Origin: Lingula anatina
Lineage: Eukaryota > Animalia > Brachiopoda
Assembly: GCA_051362555.1 (NCBI GenBank)
Contig: CM120642.1
Coordinates: 18,786,001 to 18,850,000, forward strand
Reading direction: 5' to 3'
DNA length: 64,000 bases
The notes under the pieces are model-generated. The model was not told the DNA's origin. It did not search any database and saw only the letters and a list, made by a program, of their open reading frames with translations. Each line of letters starts with the position of its first letter. Positions within the stretch are counted from its first letter, which is position 1. Below are positions 37,129 through 51,300 of the stretch, in pieces. The translations under genes and the position numbers were made by a program.

Positions 37129-38169
37129 TTAACTCGTTTGTGCTTGCAAGATCCGTGTTTCAATCGAAGTCGGTCTCTGTGTCACTTTTTTGTTTATTCT
37201 GCCACAGTGGAAAGTAAGCCTCAGTTTATATAGACCAAACAGCAGCAATTGAACAAGAGGCACAGCCACAAAGACAGTGCCAAGGGAACTTCCAATGGCC
37301 AACCCCAACTTGTTCCCGTAGTCCAGTAATGGGTATATATACGTTCCACCATGTTCATTCAGTCCTCCCGCCGCCCAATAAATTGGAGCAAAAATTAGAT
37401 AGGTGGCGCCATAGATCATAGGGCCTGGGGCGTGTAAAATTCGAATAGGAATCGCAGTGACCAACATGTCTATGAAGGCGAAGACACTGTTGACAGCGTG
37501 CGTAGTGACGTTCACAATGTTGAGAGTTTTGCTGGCTGTAAAGAAAGAAGAAAAGTAAAAAGAATTACCAACATATGCCAAATTCATTAACAAATAAAAG
37601 AGCGCCAGTGCCAAATAAAAATGACCAACAGGTTACTAGAAAAAAAAGCCTTAAAAAGATGAATGGTTCATTCATGAAGGCATTATATATACAAATGAAA
37701 TCAAAATGAACACCACAAGAATACAAAATCCGAATCGACCAACAGTCGAATAAATATGAGTAGCTTATCACTGCGAAGTGTGGGCTATCTTTTTCGCAGA
37801 ATGCATCATTCATTGATGATATTTTTGCCTGACTGACTCCACCAGTGACACTGGCATTTCAATCAAGTGGAGATGACAACCGATATCAGTTATTCAATTA
37901 AGATATGGCATTAGCCACACGTTTTGCACAATTAGACGGCACTATACATTTTGCTTAAAAGTTTATGATATCATGCGATATTACAAACACAGCGAAAAGA
38001 TCCATATTCTTATAAATGATGTATAACTATATAAGCATAGTGCAATCATTGAGAACAGCCAGATGACACTAAATTATTGTCTTGTCAAGCGCACGACGGG
38101 AGGCACAGTGCTCGGTTGCTGCGAAACTCCAAGGTACAAGATATCATTTAATAGTGCGGAGATGTCTCA

Positions 38170-38242
<73 letters not shown>

Positions 38243-39327
38243 TTCAAATAATCGAGATTTATACACAAAAAATAATTCTATTCGCATACTCTGTAAATAT
38301 TTGCAAATACGGCAACAAACAAGTGCTTCATCGCGAGTTCCAATAAAAAATACTGGGTTGAATGGTCCAGTAAACTCCATTTATGAGGATATTGACTAAC
38401 ATTCTTTTTGTAGAAGAGCTGCTTTTTTGCGTAATGAGTATCACTGATGTCAGTCGTTTTCAGTAGTTTTTATAGGAATTGCCAAGTAATCCATTTTCAA
38501 ATTTAGGTTTATGGTCCCAGATTTACAGACCTCTACGTTACGATTGTATAACATCAATTTTTTCTTAAAGCGACTGTATAAATAAAATAGTAATACCTTC
38601 ACTTTCTTCTTGCCGGTGTGAAAAGAATGGCAATCCGCTATAGCTAGGAACCGTAGTCCGTTCCCCATTACCCCAATACTCCAACTAACCCTAACCTGTG
38701 CTAATCATAGGGAACCCCGGACTTCCATTCCTAGGAATACCATTCCTGCTACACCCGCATGTCCTTTCCTTTGCGGATGACAAGTTACTATACGAGAACC
38801 TATGTGCATTCATTGTATTACCAAACTTGATTAGATTCGATAAAGGTAAAAGAAAAAAATGGTCAGTTTTACATGTACACATGTAGCAGGCGTTTACCCT
38901 ACCCTCTACCAGGGTGGCAGTTATTGTAGTCAAATTTTCAAAAAGCCAGAAAATCGAATGGCCGTCTATTTATCTAAAGACATATCTGTGAATATCTCGT
39001 GGAAAATCAGTCTGTCGCCCTGGCAGAGGGTGCGATAACCTCTACACTGGAACCGACACTGCCATTCCTGTCACAGCTGCCTAAGTGACTTCTGACAGAT
39101 GCCAATACCTGGGTGTTTTTTGCACCTGTCTGTGTGTTTTTGATTTGATGATAATTTTAAAATTATTTTACTTTAACACTTGTAATTTTCAAGGCTGGCC
39201 AATAGTAATGTATGAAATATTTGTGCAAAATTTCACTTCAGAAGCTTGTGAACTGTTGAAGTTGTTGAAATTAAGTTTTGAACTTTGAAATTGGTAACGT
39301 TTTCGCGAGCCACCAGATATGCATATG

Positions 39328-39372
<45 letters not shown>

Positions 39373-40359
39373 ACTAGCGCGCCCGTGTATGTGTAAACTC
39401 AACATGATCCTGTATAACTAACTTCAGAACGTTATGCTATTAAGTAGAAGATAATCCAGTAAAATTCTGCGAAGTGAGCTTTCGCCGATTCTCGTATTGA
39501 CGTATGAAAGGGAAGATAAATTAGATTTACAAGCTCCCAAAGCAGCAATTATGCTATACAAGTAGCCAAGAATGTATGTAGCTAATAGCCCTTTGGACGA
39601 AATTTATCATTTCTCCGTATATTTGAGCAATCTTCCCAGAAATTACTAAAATGGCTCGTTTTTCTATATAGCCCACAAATGGACGGTATTCGCTCTTTTT
39701 GCTATTTTTGCCCATCTTTAAGACAGAGGACCGCGCCATGCTGAAGAAAATCAATGAAAGTACTTCTTAAACAAACTACACGAACGTCGTTTTCTAATAC
39801 CATTTCGGGGAAAAATGCATTGTGTTAATGTAGACTGTGGTGTCAACTAACGACATCTTTATTATGATTTCAATTAGAGTTATATGTCGACTTTCTGAAT
39901 GCAATGGTACCAAATAATTAAAGCAAATTAATGATAAAAATCGAAATTAATAATAAATAAAATGAAATTAATTATAAATAAAATTAATAAAATAGAATTG
40001 GATTAAATGAAATGAAATAAAATAAGATAAAAAAAGAAAAGGTAAATACAAAAATAAATCAAATAGAATTTCAAAGAACCCAGCAATTCAACTCACTGTT
40101 ATATTCAAACACCCAGTAGAGTACGGTGATTACAAAAGCTGCCTGGGTGGACACGTTGTAGAAGACCCATACCATCTTCAGATACCATGGCATTTCGAGA
40201 TACACTGAAATTAATTTAAGAAAACATCGTTCGTAACTTTTTAGAACATACTCTAAGTCCAAGTGCACCCTTGACCCCTGCAATATAATGCAGGCAACTA
40301 TTTTGAATACAAATTTACTTAAATGCAGTTAGATATGAAATTGCGTTCCATATTACTAG

Positions 40360-40445
<86 letters not shown>

Positions 40446-42281
40446 GAGAGAGAGAGGTCTCACAATAGCTTTATAAGTAAACGTTTAATCATTCTTTTTT
40501 TTATCTCCAGTACAGAGTAAATATCATACCATAGAAATCGTACCTTGTGCCCTCTTAAACTTGTAATATCCAATCACCGATGTGATAAATAACAGCAAGG
40601 TATTTACATTGAGCAAGATGAAGGACCAGTATGTCAAGAAGATGAAGTATTTTGGCCCATACTTGTACACTATTCCACTGTATATCAGCAGGACGAAACA
40701 GTAGCCTGCTACAAAGAACCGGTAGATGACGTAGAATATTGAAAAACCCCACTGAAATAAACAGATGAAAACGTGTTACTGTGGCAGCCATCTTGGATTT
40801 GGAGATCATGTTGGAAAACAACTTTGACCCACAGTGATCTTTCCTGAAAAGGATGCTAAATAAAATTTAGTGTGCAAAAATGTTTGAAACGGATATCGTT
40901 TACAAGTGCGATAGGTGTGATATACTAGTTAAAAGCAATAATGCATTGGAAAACCATTGCGACTACTCAGAAACTATTCAGTATCCTTTTGTATCATAAG
41001 ACACGTCTCTGCCTCTACCAAGAATAATGTCTTCCCAGAATCATGATTTATTGTTCTTACATTCGCCTCCCGTTCCGACCTTATAATAAAAGACTTCTTG
41101 GCTGGAAGTGGCATAATATTGAGAATTATGGACATGTAATTATAAATCCGGCGACGTTCTTTCTAAAGCCTAGATAACATTTACACGGGCGTCGTGCGAT
41201 GAAATTGTCCGTACGATTTTTTTTTTTTGAAATCGTAAGAAGCTACGGGCTCCGCCGAGTATGTCTACATTATATGGCCTTACCTCCGTACAACTCCGTG
41301 CGATTTCGCACGGCCACCGTCTACCTCCGCTCAGAGGCCGTGCGGGCAGTATACGTGCACCGTACGCGATCGCATTTCAAATGTAATCTAGGCTTAAATT
41401 CGGACACAATCTTTTCAAAATATTCTTAAATGGTGTGAAACCCTGATCCCATCTCGAGTTACAGTGTAATTATGGACTAAGTAGATGTTTCCAGGTCTGG
41501 ACGAAGGTCATCACCCAAGCCCCCACAAACCATTATATGCCACCCAAGTGTTTTTACAATTAGAACTGTCATTTTTGTATTGATCGTTACATGGATGTCA
41601 ATATCTATATGTCAAGCTATCGCAACAAAGATTTGATGTATTAGAAGGAACATCGCGTGGTAGTATTAAGTGAAACTTCGTTGGAATTAAAATCGGGGTA
41701 TTTTTATATGCCTGATCACAAGACATGTCGTGAGCAACGCTTATGTTTGTTTGTATGTTTGTAAAGACTGTTTAAACGTCTGAAGAAAAGTAATAATGAA
41801 AACATGATCACCAGTATTTATTTCTTATCTTAAAAGTTATCAAAACAGTCACAGTCGACGCTTTCTTATCTTGAACTTTCGCTCTCTTCACAGGAACAGA
41901 AAATAAATACTGACCCAGCCTTTAGTTGTTTAAAAAATTCGTCAAAGAAAATATCACGAGATATTATTCTGTCATCGAGTACCATAATTTATACAACACG
42001 TATTCGTTATTTTCCGTCTTCCCATATACTTGTGGTGAGCCCGCTGCTTCCCAAAATTTCATAAATTACATGTTTCTTTATTGTCTATTATTGGACCTGC
42101 ATTGTATATAAGTGAGATATAAGTGATATCCAGTCATGACAACTGATATGAAGGGGGGTGTATTTCTATAGAGGCCTTATTACTGTCGACCCAAATAATG
42201 CCCGAATACCACATTTGTACATGACTCACGAGATGATATTAGATTAATATCGAGTGGACAATGGCTATTCGTTCGAAACCT

Positions 42282-42322
<41 letters not shown>

Positions 42323-42810
42323 GACAACAGTAAGGGCCATTTGTGTGTGTGTGTGTGGGGGGGGGGGGTTGCATAAACGAGGGCAAGGCTGCAATTTAAA
42401 GCAATAGGGGGGGGTTACACATAATTTCATGGTCGTTGTGATTTTTGTTACCATATTGTGGTATTTGACAAAAGGAAAGGATCCAAAACGCTATACCGAG
42501 GAAGTACATGTAGAACCATTCCCTAGCTACTTCCAGCATCAGCATTTTATTTCTTATGATCACTAAGCTCTTTAACTCAGGGCATGCTCCGTATATTGGG
42601 GGGGGGGGGGAGGGCAATAGACCTACATGTTTCTTAGTATAGTAAATTATCAAACAAACAAACAATCATACCTACCTCCGATCTCACGAACAAGTCGGGT
42701 TCCTTGTGATCAAATCCAAAGTTTGCACACTGGAATTCTGCGGCACAGCAGTTTTTATCACCCTCTCCACCTCGTGAGCGGTTATCCTCAACATTGAACT
42801 CCGCGGACAT
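37129..42810 (-). CDS. Rolling stone-like multipass membrane protein, paralogue B (285 aa, 4 exons)
   Basis: Exons 42810-42676, 40751-40544, 40204-40097 and 37535-37129 join in frame (858 nt). Product: MSAEF...EFQCANFGFDHKEPDLFVRSE|W...KYFIFLTYWS...WVFYNVS...LYWVF...THAVNS...AIPIRILH...YWAAGG...YIYPLLDY...LYKLR. Confidence 0.9.
38613..38757 (+). mobile_element. Short TIR element with internal AACCCTAACC motif, copy 2
   Basis: ctaggaaccgtagtc...ccccaatactccaa.taaccctaacctgt.ctaatcata...ggacttccattccta is shared with 34905-35075. Confidence 0.75.
38900..39032. mobile_element. Mutator-like MITE, second copy (inverted relative to 19229-19366)
   Basis: taccctctaccaggg...ccctggcagagggtg. The interior is the reverse complement of the 19.2 kb copy. 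Flanks cgtttaccc / cgataacct match at 6 of 9 positions (decayed TSD). Confidence 0.8.
41167..41394. mobile_element. PIF/Harbinger-like MITE (TAA TSD)
   Basis: taa|AGCCTAGATAACATTT...AAATGTAATCTAGGCT|taa, with a CpG-rich interior. Confidence 0.8.
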
Positions 42811-45199
42811 CGTTCTTTGGGTTACTTCCAATAATGTCTAACCATGAACAGAAAACGAAATTCACCGCCGTCACCACTCGTTATCTGCTAAGATATGGTC
42901 CGTACGGTTGACTGAGCATGTCACCGACTGACAGAACTGATGTGATGGTCAGCTGTCACACCGCTTGGACATCTAAAGGACCCAGTAACTACTGACACCG
43001 ACCTTCTACAATTGGGTGGACAATTCCGTCTCCTTCACTTAGGCCTACACAGAAACTCAGTGAAGTGGAGTAGGGTATCAATGTACCAGTGCTTGTAGTC
43101 GCGATGCCCTTCGTTTGTCGCTTAATAATAGCCACAAAATGGTCACAAAGCAACAGCCATAACACGAGCCAAATGAATCATGTCATGCTTCAGTTCATAT
43201 TTGCGGTCAGACAGTGCTAAAATTCTGGCTGATAAAATTATAACGCTGTGTTTACCTGGGTGTTGCGGTGAATGGTGTCTTTGTCGTTGTTTACGATGCT
43301 TGTGTTTAGACTCCGCAAGTGTTCATTATATAGAGGCCGTGTTCTATAATTGGTATACAGAAACCATACGCTGTTCTTTTATGGGACGGAATTTTTACTG
43401 TGGTTGTCACTGACAAGCGCATGTTGTCCCAGATGAGTCTCTTTTTGGGTTAAATATCTGTTGCAACGTGAATATCAAACCGAGGCCGCCGTTTGGAAAA
43501 AGCAGCGTCCTGACATGCGTCCCCTCCTCTTGTCTCCGTCCATGGCAACAGTTACAGTGACATTGCACTGTAACCAAGGACAAGTTATAAAACATTCATG
43601 ATGTAAATATGTGTCAACTTAATTTTGTCACCGGTAGTTTCAATCTTTATATCTGTAATATTAGTAGTTGACAGCCACGAGTGAATAAGGTGTGTTAAGG
43701 TAGAGTTACTGAGTTGATTGAGATGCTCTTATGAAACTTAAACGACTGCGTGTAATATGAAAGGGTATAACAGAGTTTACTACCTCGCGTAACAGCAAAA
43801 GATAAAAGACAACAACTTCGTGACATATCCATAATTCCCCACCCTATACATATCGGTAAAACGCTGCTCTCAACATGAAAACGAAAGAATGAAGTGGAGT
43901 ACCTTTACATCTACTAGCAGAGATTAATTTCTTAACTTATGCCTCAACTTCTCTGGGCATGTTTTGATTTGAGTCAGGTCCGTGAATTAAGCACCAAGAC
44001 CTTAACATGGGCGAAAGAGATTTTGACCCTCTCCATTTGACATAAAATTGCTCAGAGCCCCCTCCCACCCCCACAAAAACTGCACCTTCTCTTTATCTTT
44101 CCACTCAGCATTAAATCTTGAACAATTCAATTGACTAAATCTAATCTTTTTCATTCAGAGTGATTTCATCTAAAAGAAACTCCATTTAGAATTTAGAACG
44201 ACAAATGTGTTGTCAATGAAAGTACAGTGTACATGTACATGTAGAGAGCAAGCCCGAACAATGTATGTTAATACATGCAGAGTTAATCTTATCTTTGTGA
44301 TCCTGGAAGAGGGTTCGCTATAAATACAGACACAATGCCCATTAGGTACATGCACATACATACTTATTTAGATGCAATCCCGCTTCATCTCTTTCCCTCC
44401 TAGCTATAGGTTTAAAAATAACTTTCGTCGATTTGATGACTTTTAAATCATAAAAGTTTTTCTTTGCCTGAATTATGACGCTTCAGGTGAAAAATATATC
44501 CCCATCTGGCTGTTAAAATGCATTCATTAATATGTACTTCTAAACATAGAACAAAACCAGGCTGCATGAATAATTTTAGACTCGAATGTCTTTGAAAGCA
44601 CTTAAAATGCATCCACACGAACTGTTTTCGTCTACCACCTGTACTACCCCTCCAAGAAAAAGAATAGAAAAAGAGAAAGAAAATAGAAAGACAGAAAACT
44701 GAACGTAAAAAAAGAAACTATACAATGCAAAAATAAATAAACTTTGCATTAATAATCGATATTTACCGATGAAACGTGACTGTATGAGTAATGTACACGC
44801 TCCAAACGGAGTTTAAAAAGGTAAATTTGATCACGAACCATTTAAAAGTCACAGGAAATGTTTATTAAATAAAAGATTCGTGTGAAACGTGTGTCCTGGG
44901 GCACTCGAGAAAACGACATTTTAGGCAGTTTTAGGCTCGTAAATGAATAGGAATACTGGAATGACGCACAATTCATTCCGTCGTGTTGTAATCAGAATCA
45001 CTAATGTTTATTTACAGTCATCATCTATTGTACTAATACATTTTGGTAAAGGTGATGAATAGTATATGATTACTAAAGGTAATACACAGCAGGTTACACA
45101 GCAGGTTAAAGGTACATTTGTACGCGTTAGAAACTTTTCCTAAAGTCATGTTTCGTTAGTCTTAATTACTCTACATACCCCGCAAGGAATAAATTGCCA

Positions 45200-45371
45200 C
45201 ATTCAGAACAGTGGACTGACTAGTCCGCGGGTCAAATATGGGGACCCGCTAAAAAGCTTACCGTCTAATCTGCTAATAGACACTGAATAGAATATAGATT
45301 CCCCATGGAGAAGTATTCTGGTAGGTCGGCCATATTTGACCCTTGGACTAGTTGGTCCACTGTTCTGAATG
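45200..45371. mobile_element. MITE with CATTCAGAACAGTGGAC TIRs
   Basis: 17-bp perfect terminal repeat extending imperfectly to about 40 bp (gggtcaaatatgg / ccatatttgaccc). A solo end occurs at about 28601-28617. Confidence 0.8.
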
Positions 45372-45804
45372 ATTTCAATGTACCCACCCTTCCCAAATCA
45401 GACCTTTTACACTATAAAAAACCTCAAATAAAGTACCTGAAGTTCAAAGTTCCTTCTTAACTGTGCAGAAAGACCTGGTCACCTAAATGACTGACCAGGC
45501 ATGTACAATTAAACCATGGTCACTGAATTAAAATAGAATAAAAAATTGAACCCAAGAGATTTGTGAGTAGAGGATTTTTTGATGAAAATTCATATTGAAA
45601 GATAAATCCCGTATAAGGTCCTTAAATGGCAAAAAACGATCGTTCCGTGATCTGTAGGCTACCCTAGTGCTGCTGGTAAAACGCGACGTCATTATGCCTT
45701 GCCACATAAAAAAGACGTTTTTCCACCCGATTTCAGATTATTTTTCAGCGTGGCATTTATAGAATCTTATGAAGCAGTTAGTTGCTGTTGGCTGTAAGTT
45801 TTGA

Positions 45805-46230
45805 ACAAGGATAAAAAAAGCACTCAGAGAGCGCAGCCTTCACCGAGACAAATAATTAAGTAATCATCAATTAATAAATTAATTATCACCAAAGTCTAGT
45901 TATTTCTTCCTTTGCCCCTTTGTGGCTTATCCTGCAAATTTTATCAAAACATTTACATAATTTATTCATTTGATCATCACCAAAATTTTATCATTATTTC
46001 CTTTTTCCATTTCTGACATATCCTAAAAATTTCATGAAATTTGCCATTTTGCTACTGATCCTGAAAATATAGTTAATAAACAATTAATTAACTCAACAGT
46101 GGATCATCGCCAAAACCAAACCATTTCTTCCTTGGGCCATTTGTGACCCATCCTGAAAATGTCATCAAAATCCATCCATTACTTTTTGCGTAATTCTGTA
46201 AACAAACATCTAAACAAACTCTTTAACAGG
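45805..46230 (+). mobile_element. Helentron-associated (HINE-like) non-autonomous element, decayed
   Basis: Starts aacaag...gcactcagagagcgcag and has three internal gatcatcaccaaaa...atttcttcctt...tcctgaaaatttcat subrepeats. A related 3' end (ataaccctcttgacggaggcaa) lies at about 58165-58272. Family assigned from remembered resemblance only. Confidence 0.5.
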
Positions 46231-46451
46231 ATCCAATCTAACAATTTTTTCTTACAATTTTCTTCAAATACCGTCGATCAGCATGCTACAGAGAAGACGC
46301 ATGTGTCGATTGCGTGTGATGTGACAGACGATTTGCACACCTAGCGCAATGGGGCTAAACCCTGTCAACAGTAGCACGTTTCCACAGAGGTTCATTTTTT
46401 CAAAGATAACGAAAAAAAGTTTTTGTGTATCGTGTGGTCTCAAAATCCCAC

Positions 46452-46488
<37 letters not shown>

Positions 46489-47481
46489 ACAAACCTTCCA
46501 ATACCGCCTTTGTATAAAGAGACAACTATTTTATTGTTGCTTCAGGGAAATTCACACAGACACATATACATATGCCACCTGATCAAAATTTCATACCATT
46601 AACACTGGCAAAGTTGAAATTATTAGAGACGCATAAAACATGGAAGCATATATTTTGAATGTTAACATTACAATTGAAACCGGGTAGGAATAATGAACAC
46701 ATTCAGCAAAGGGCGGAAGCCAAAGAAAACACCAAATCAACAGACCCTTGTGTTTCACAGCTAACATGCTGTTTTTTTACACAAGAGAAAGCCATGTTTC
46801 AGCTAATGAAATACATAGCAAAATTACTGTCCCTCTCAGCATGCTTGCAGACCCCAATTTTTTTTCAGAATCCCGTTTACAAAAAGTATCACACTTTCAA
46901 ATAAGCCTATTAACGGGGAATAATATCAGATTACTCACAAGCACACCTTTCACACACAAAGAAATTTACCCCAACCTCTGTCTTTTAATTATCACCTTAC
47001 TGTTTTCCAAGAATTTTCTTTGTATTCCAGAATGCCTCCTTCTGGCATGTTCATTCCACTTAATATATTTTTTTCACAATTTTTGCCAAATTTGTGCATG
47101 ACCAGTAGCAACTTTTTTCATGAAGCTGATTGTTATCTCTCAATCCCTTTCATCTGCTCTATGAAACGTAGATCCACTACTGATATATAACTTCAACAAA
47201 CTGGGTATGCTACAGTCTATACAAGTTTCTATCTTGACATATAAAAATACATATAAATAAGGTCAAACATGAGACCTGTTTAGTATATAAACAACAAAGT
47301 AAACCGTCATCATTACACATTTCTCATAAGTTGTACATCAATATATGCATTCACATATGCCTACATATACTATATGTAGTACAAAACACAAAAGTATATA
47401 AGTAACAGATTTTAATAATTAATTCATAGCACATGTATCAAGATTTCTATAACAGACTATGTGCCACCGAATGTTAAGGGA

Positions 47482-47536
<55 letters not shown>

Positions 47537-48304
47537 AGTATGATAAATTTATGGAAAAGGGCAACTAATCTTATACTTGAACCAATTTGAGGGCATCTGG
47601 TTATTGATAGCCGATACTTCTGCTACTAAAAACCTAACATTTTCAGCTTCAATTACATTCTTCAACATGATATAAACCAAATCAGAAAGTATGATAATCC
47701 TATCAGGTATTACTAAAATGATTTCAGAAATGAAATAAATTAGTTCTGTTTGCACTTGGGAAGCTGTTCCTACCAAGATGCCATCTTACATACAATAGTT
47801 GTAAATATGAGGAGCATAGGAGTAACAAAACCCTGCTTCTCAGTGGAAAAAAAAAACAAAAAAAACGGAATGACAGGCATTTATGTAACTGCAGACATGA
47901 CTATATCAAATACCATACAGAAGTTGGCAAATTGCAAAGCACAGCTAAAATTTTTAGCAGTTTCCACTCATGGCATATCGTCAATAAAACAAACAAAGTT
48001 GAACATTGCACATTGTAGCTTAATATTTTTGACATTAGAGGCTTGTTATAAATAATATTTGGTTGATAACTTCATAAGCCTATCTCTACATCTGAACAGC
48101 GCACGATTTATATCTAGTCCACGTTTTGTACCTACAAATGGCACTGATCTTTTCTAGTACATTTTTTCTAATTTTCTCTTAACAATAACTAAAATCCCAC
48201 AATAATTTAAAGCTGACTGCATTTGTTGAACACATCTAAAACAAACAATCTATTATCTATTTTAAATAACAAGATCAGTCCCTGGCCCCCAGTCCCACGT
48301 CTAG

Positions 48305-51300
48305 TCATAAAGGTGTCTCCTTTTTCAATGGCAAACCATTAGGGCGAACAGGGCCTTCGTACTCAAGTTTCAGTTTTTGTTTCAACACCAACTGCTGATT
48401 GTCCATCATTCCATTCCCATTGGCAATGTTATTGTCGTTTGTTGTGTTATCTGATTGTCCATTTCTTGTCCCAACATTATTGGCGTTGCCATTGGTTTTG
48501 GTATTGAAGCTTTGGTTTGAGACCATGCCGTTGGAGATTCTTTTGCGTCTCATTTCTGGGGAAAGAGATCGCAGTCCCAGTGCTATTTTGGGTGATGGTT
48601 GATCAGTGGTTGTTTTTGTAGTATTTGCAGAAACATGTTTGGCTGTCACTGCAGGCAGGGATGCCTTTTGTTGCTGGCTGTGTATTTTGGCAAGGTGAGC
48701 GGGCAATGGCTGCCAAACGGGTTCATCATTGGCATTGAAAAGTTCTGCATGCGGGTTTGAGATAATGTTGAAGTTTCTTGGAATGTCCACTCGCACTGCA
48801 GAGACACTTTTCTTTCTGTCCTTCTCCCCTTTCTCCTTGTTTGGACTTCCGAGAAGCCTTTTGATCTCTTTCTTAGGGCTGATCAACTTCTTCTTGTTCT
48901 GCTTTGGTGGTAGCTCAGGTGGTTTTCTATCTATGTTACTATCTGGCAATATTATCATACTGGGGGCCTCGCTCACTGGTGACCCTCCAGGGCTTTGTGT
49001 TGGGCTTTGGGGTTCGCTTACAGGCGACAACACGCGACTGAGCCTATTGCGCCCTCGTCCAGTTGAAGCCTGCTGAAGCTGTTGGGTGAAGGTCATACCT
49101 TGGCTGTCACATGGCACGCTATTGCAACTCTGATTGGTTGACGAGTTGCTGGATGTGAGATTGCTCGATGACTTGGAGGAGTTGTTGGACATGCAGGATT
49201 TGCGTTTATCCAGGGTTGAAACTGGTGACTCTGTGGGAGAAGCTGTGGCGTGATAACCATTAGAAATGGGAGCAATGCTGGTAACAGCAGGCCCTGACGA
49301 TGTTTTTGTATCACAGCTCGAAGTCGACGTTGAATTGAGGGTGTTAGAATTGTACGGGAAGGCTCCGTATTCCTCTAAAAGTTTACACACGCCCTGATGG
49401 TTTCCCTTCATGGCCACGCGCATTGGTGTGCGCCCACACTGATCGGCATGGTTGGCATTGGCGCCATACTGAAGCAACAGACGGACAATCTCGTCGTGCC
49501 CCTCCTGGGCAGCTATACACAGGGATGTAGCACCTTGGTTGCATGTGTGTTCAACATCAGCACCAAACTCTAGTATGAGCTTAACAATACTAAAATGTCC
49601 CTGCCAAGAAGCAGACTGCAGAGGAGTGCGACAGTCATTGTCCACAGAATTCACGTTAGCACCCCAGTTGAGCAGCGCTTCACAGATCTCATGGTGACCC
49701 TGCCATGAGGCGACATGGAGTGGAGTTCGACCCTCGAAGTCTGCAATCTCGGGATCAGCACCGCCTTTGAGAAGAGCATTTGTGATGACGAGGTTGTTTT
49801 CCAAGGCAACCAAGTAAAGAGTGGATCTTCCATCTGCATCACAATAATTCATGTCCGTCCCCTCTTGGATTAAAAGCTCGGTGACCTCTTTGTGACCTTC
49901 CATGGCAGCAACCCGAAAAGCGTTCTTCCCATCATGAGATCGGTGGTCCAGAAGCGATCCTGCAGCCAGCAGAACTCTGACACATTCTAAATGACCTTCT
50001 TGTGCGGCTACGATGAGTGGAATTCGACCTTCATTGTCTGTTTCATTGACCTTAGAGCCATGTTCGATCAAAGCTTCACAAACCTGAAAGATTAAATGAA
50101 ATATCATTATAATTGACAAGTATTTTTCAATGTTTTTCGAAAGCTCAATTCCTTTTCATAACCTTTTCAAAAATATGAAAAGCAGCAGCTACATTATCAA
50201 TTCACTCTAAGAATTATGCAAAGTAGAGAGATTGTTACTTCAAATAAAAGATGTAAATACTATTTTCCATGAACAGCACTTAGTAGAAATATAGTGAAAA
50301 CAGGCTCAGATTTTTTCTTTCTCCTCTGCAGAGTCTGCAGATAACATATGCCTGTCTGCTAATCACATCAGGGTAAACCAGAATAACAAAGCTATCTCCA
50401 ATTCTCTGAGGCCAACACTTTTCAGCCTCGCTGATTTTACAAGTAAAACAAAACCTGATCCGGGGCAACTAATTGTTTTTTCTTGTAAAGAACCAATGTG
50501 ATGGAAAATTTTCTTTTCAGCCTTGATATAACACGTAACTTTGTTTTCCTTCATCTGGTTTATCCTAATCGACCAAAAGCTTTCATAACTATGGCATCAA
50601 ATTCCTTTGATTCCTGTAAATTTCCTTATAAATCCATCTGAATTCAATGATATATTCACAGAATATTTGCATCAAATCATCTATGGCTCCAAATCTGTTT
50701 ATTGGTTCATCATCATCATATGAAAACCCTCTTAATTCCAGGAATCTCAATTTGTCCTGCAGTTTATAATCCAACCATTGGTGTTCCAATATCGGATTAT
50801 GGTCATGGCAAAAAAAAATCTCCATAATTAAAAGTCTAGACGGTTACTTACTGGAGGCCAATAAGTACAGCATTGCCATCAAGTTACTCAATAGGATTAT
50901 GGTATAATTTTTTTCTCTTACAGTAAAAGGTCCTGCTCATTACCATGTATGTGTAAATCAGGAAGGGTTTTTAATGTACATCTATACAGAAAACTGACCC
51001 GAGTTCACTTGATAGGTTAAACTCATCACTGTTTGTTTTGTTAACAGATTTTATTGAACATTTTTTGCCTGTAAGTATATTGCCTTAAAACAGTATTGTC
51101 AGAATGGAAATCAATCCCTTCTCTAATGGTTTTTACCTAACAAAACTCATCATGAGGGGTTTGTCAATAGATTTTTGAACATTTTACTTAGGTCACTTCA
51201 AAATTTTAGTATTATAAAAAATCTCACCAATATTTCCTGTAAAGACTATTTGATATTAATGGCACAAAGACTTTGTATATTTTTTCCAAATGTTGAAAAT

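Noticed and set aside
42281-42322. Long homopolymer and dinucleotide runs (poly-G here, poly-A at 47486-47535, (TA)n at about 38172-38240, several (CA)n)
   Set aside because: Ordinary simple repeats whose lengths may be sequencing artefacts. The poly-Pro, poly-Lys, HT and YI ORFs derive from them.
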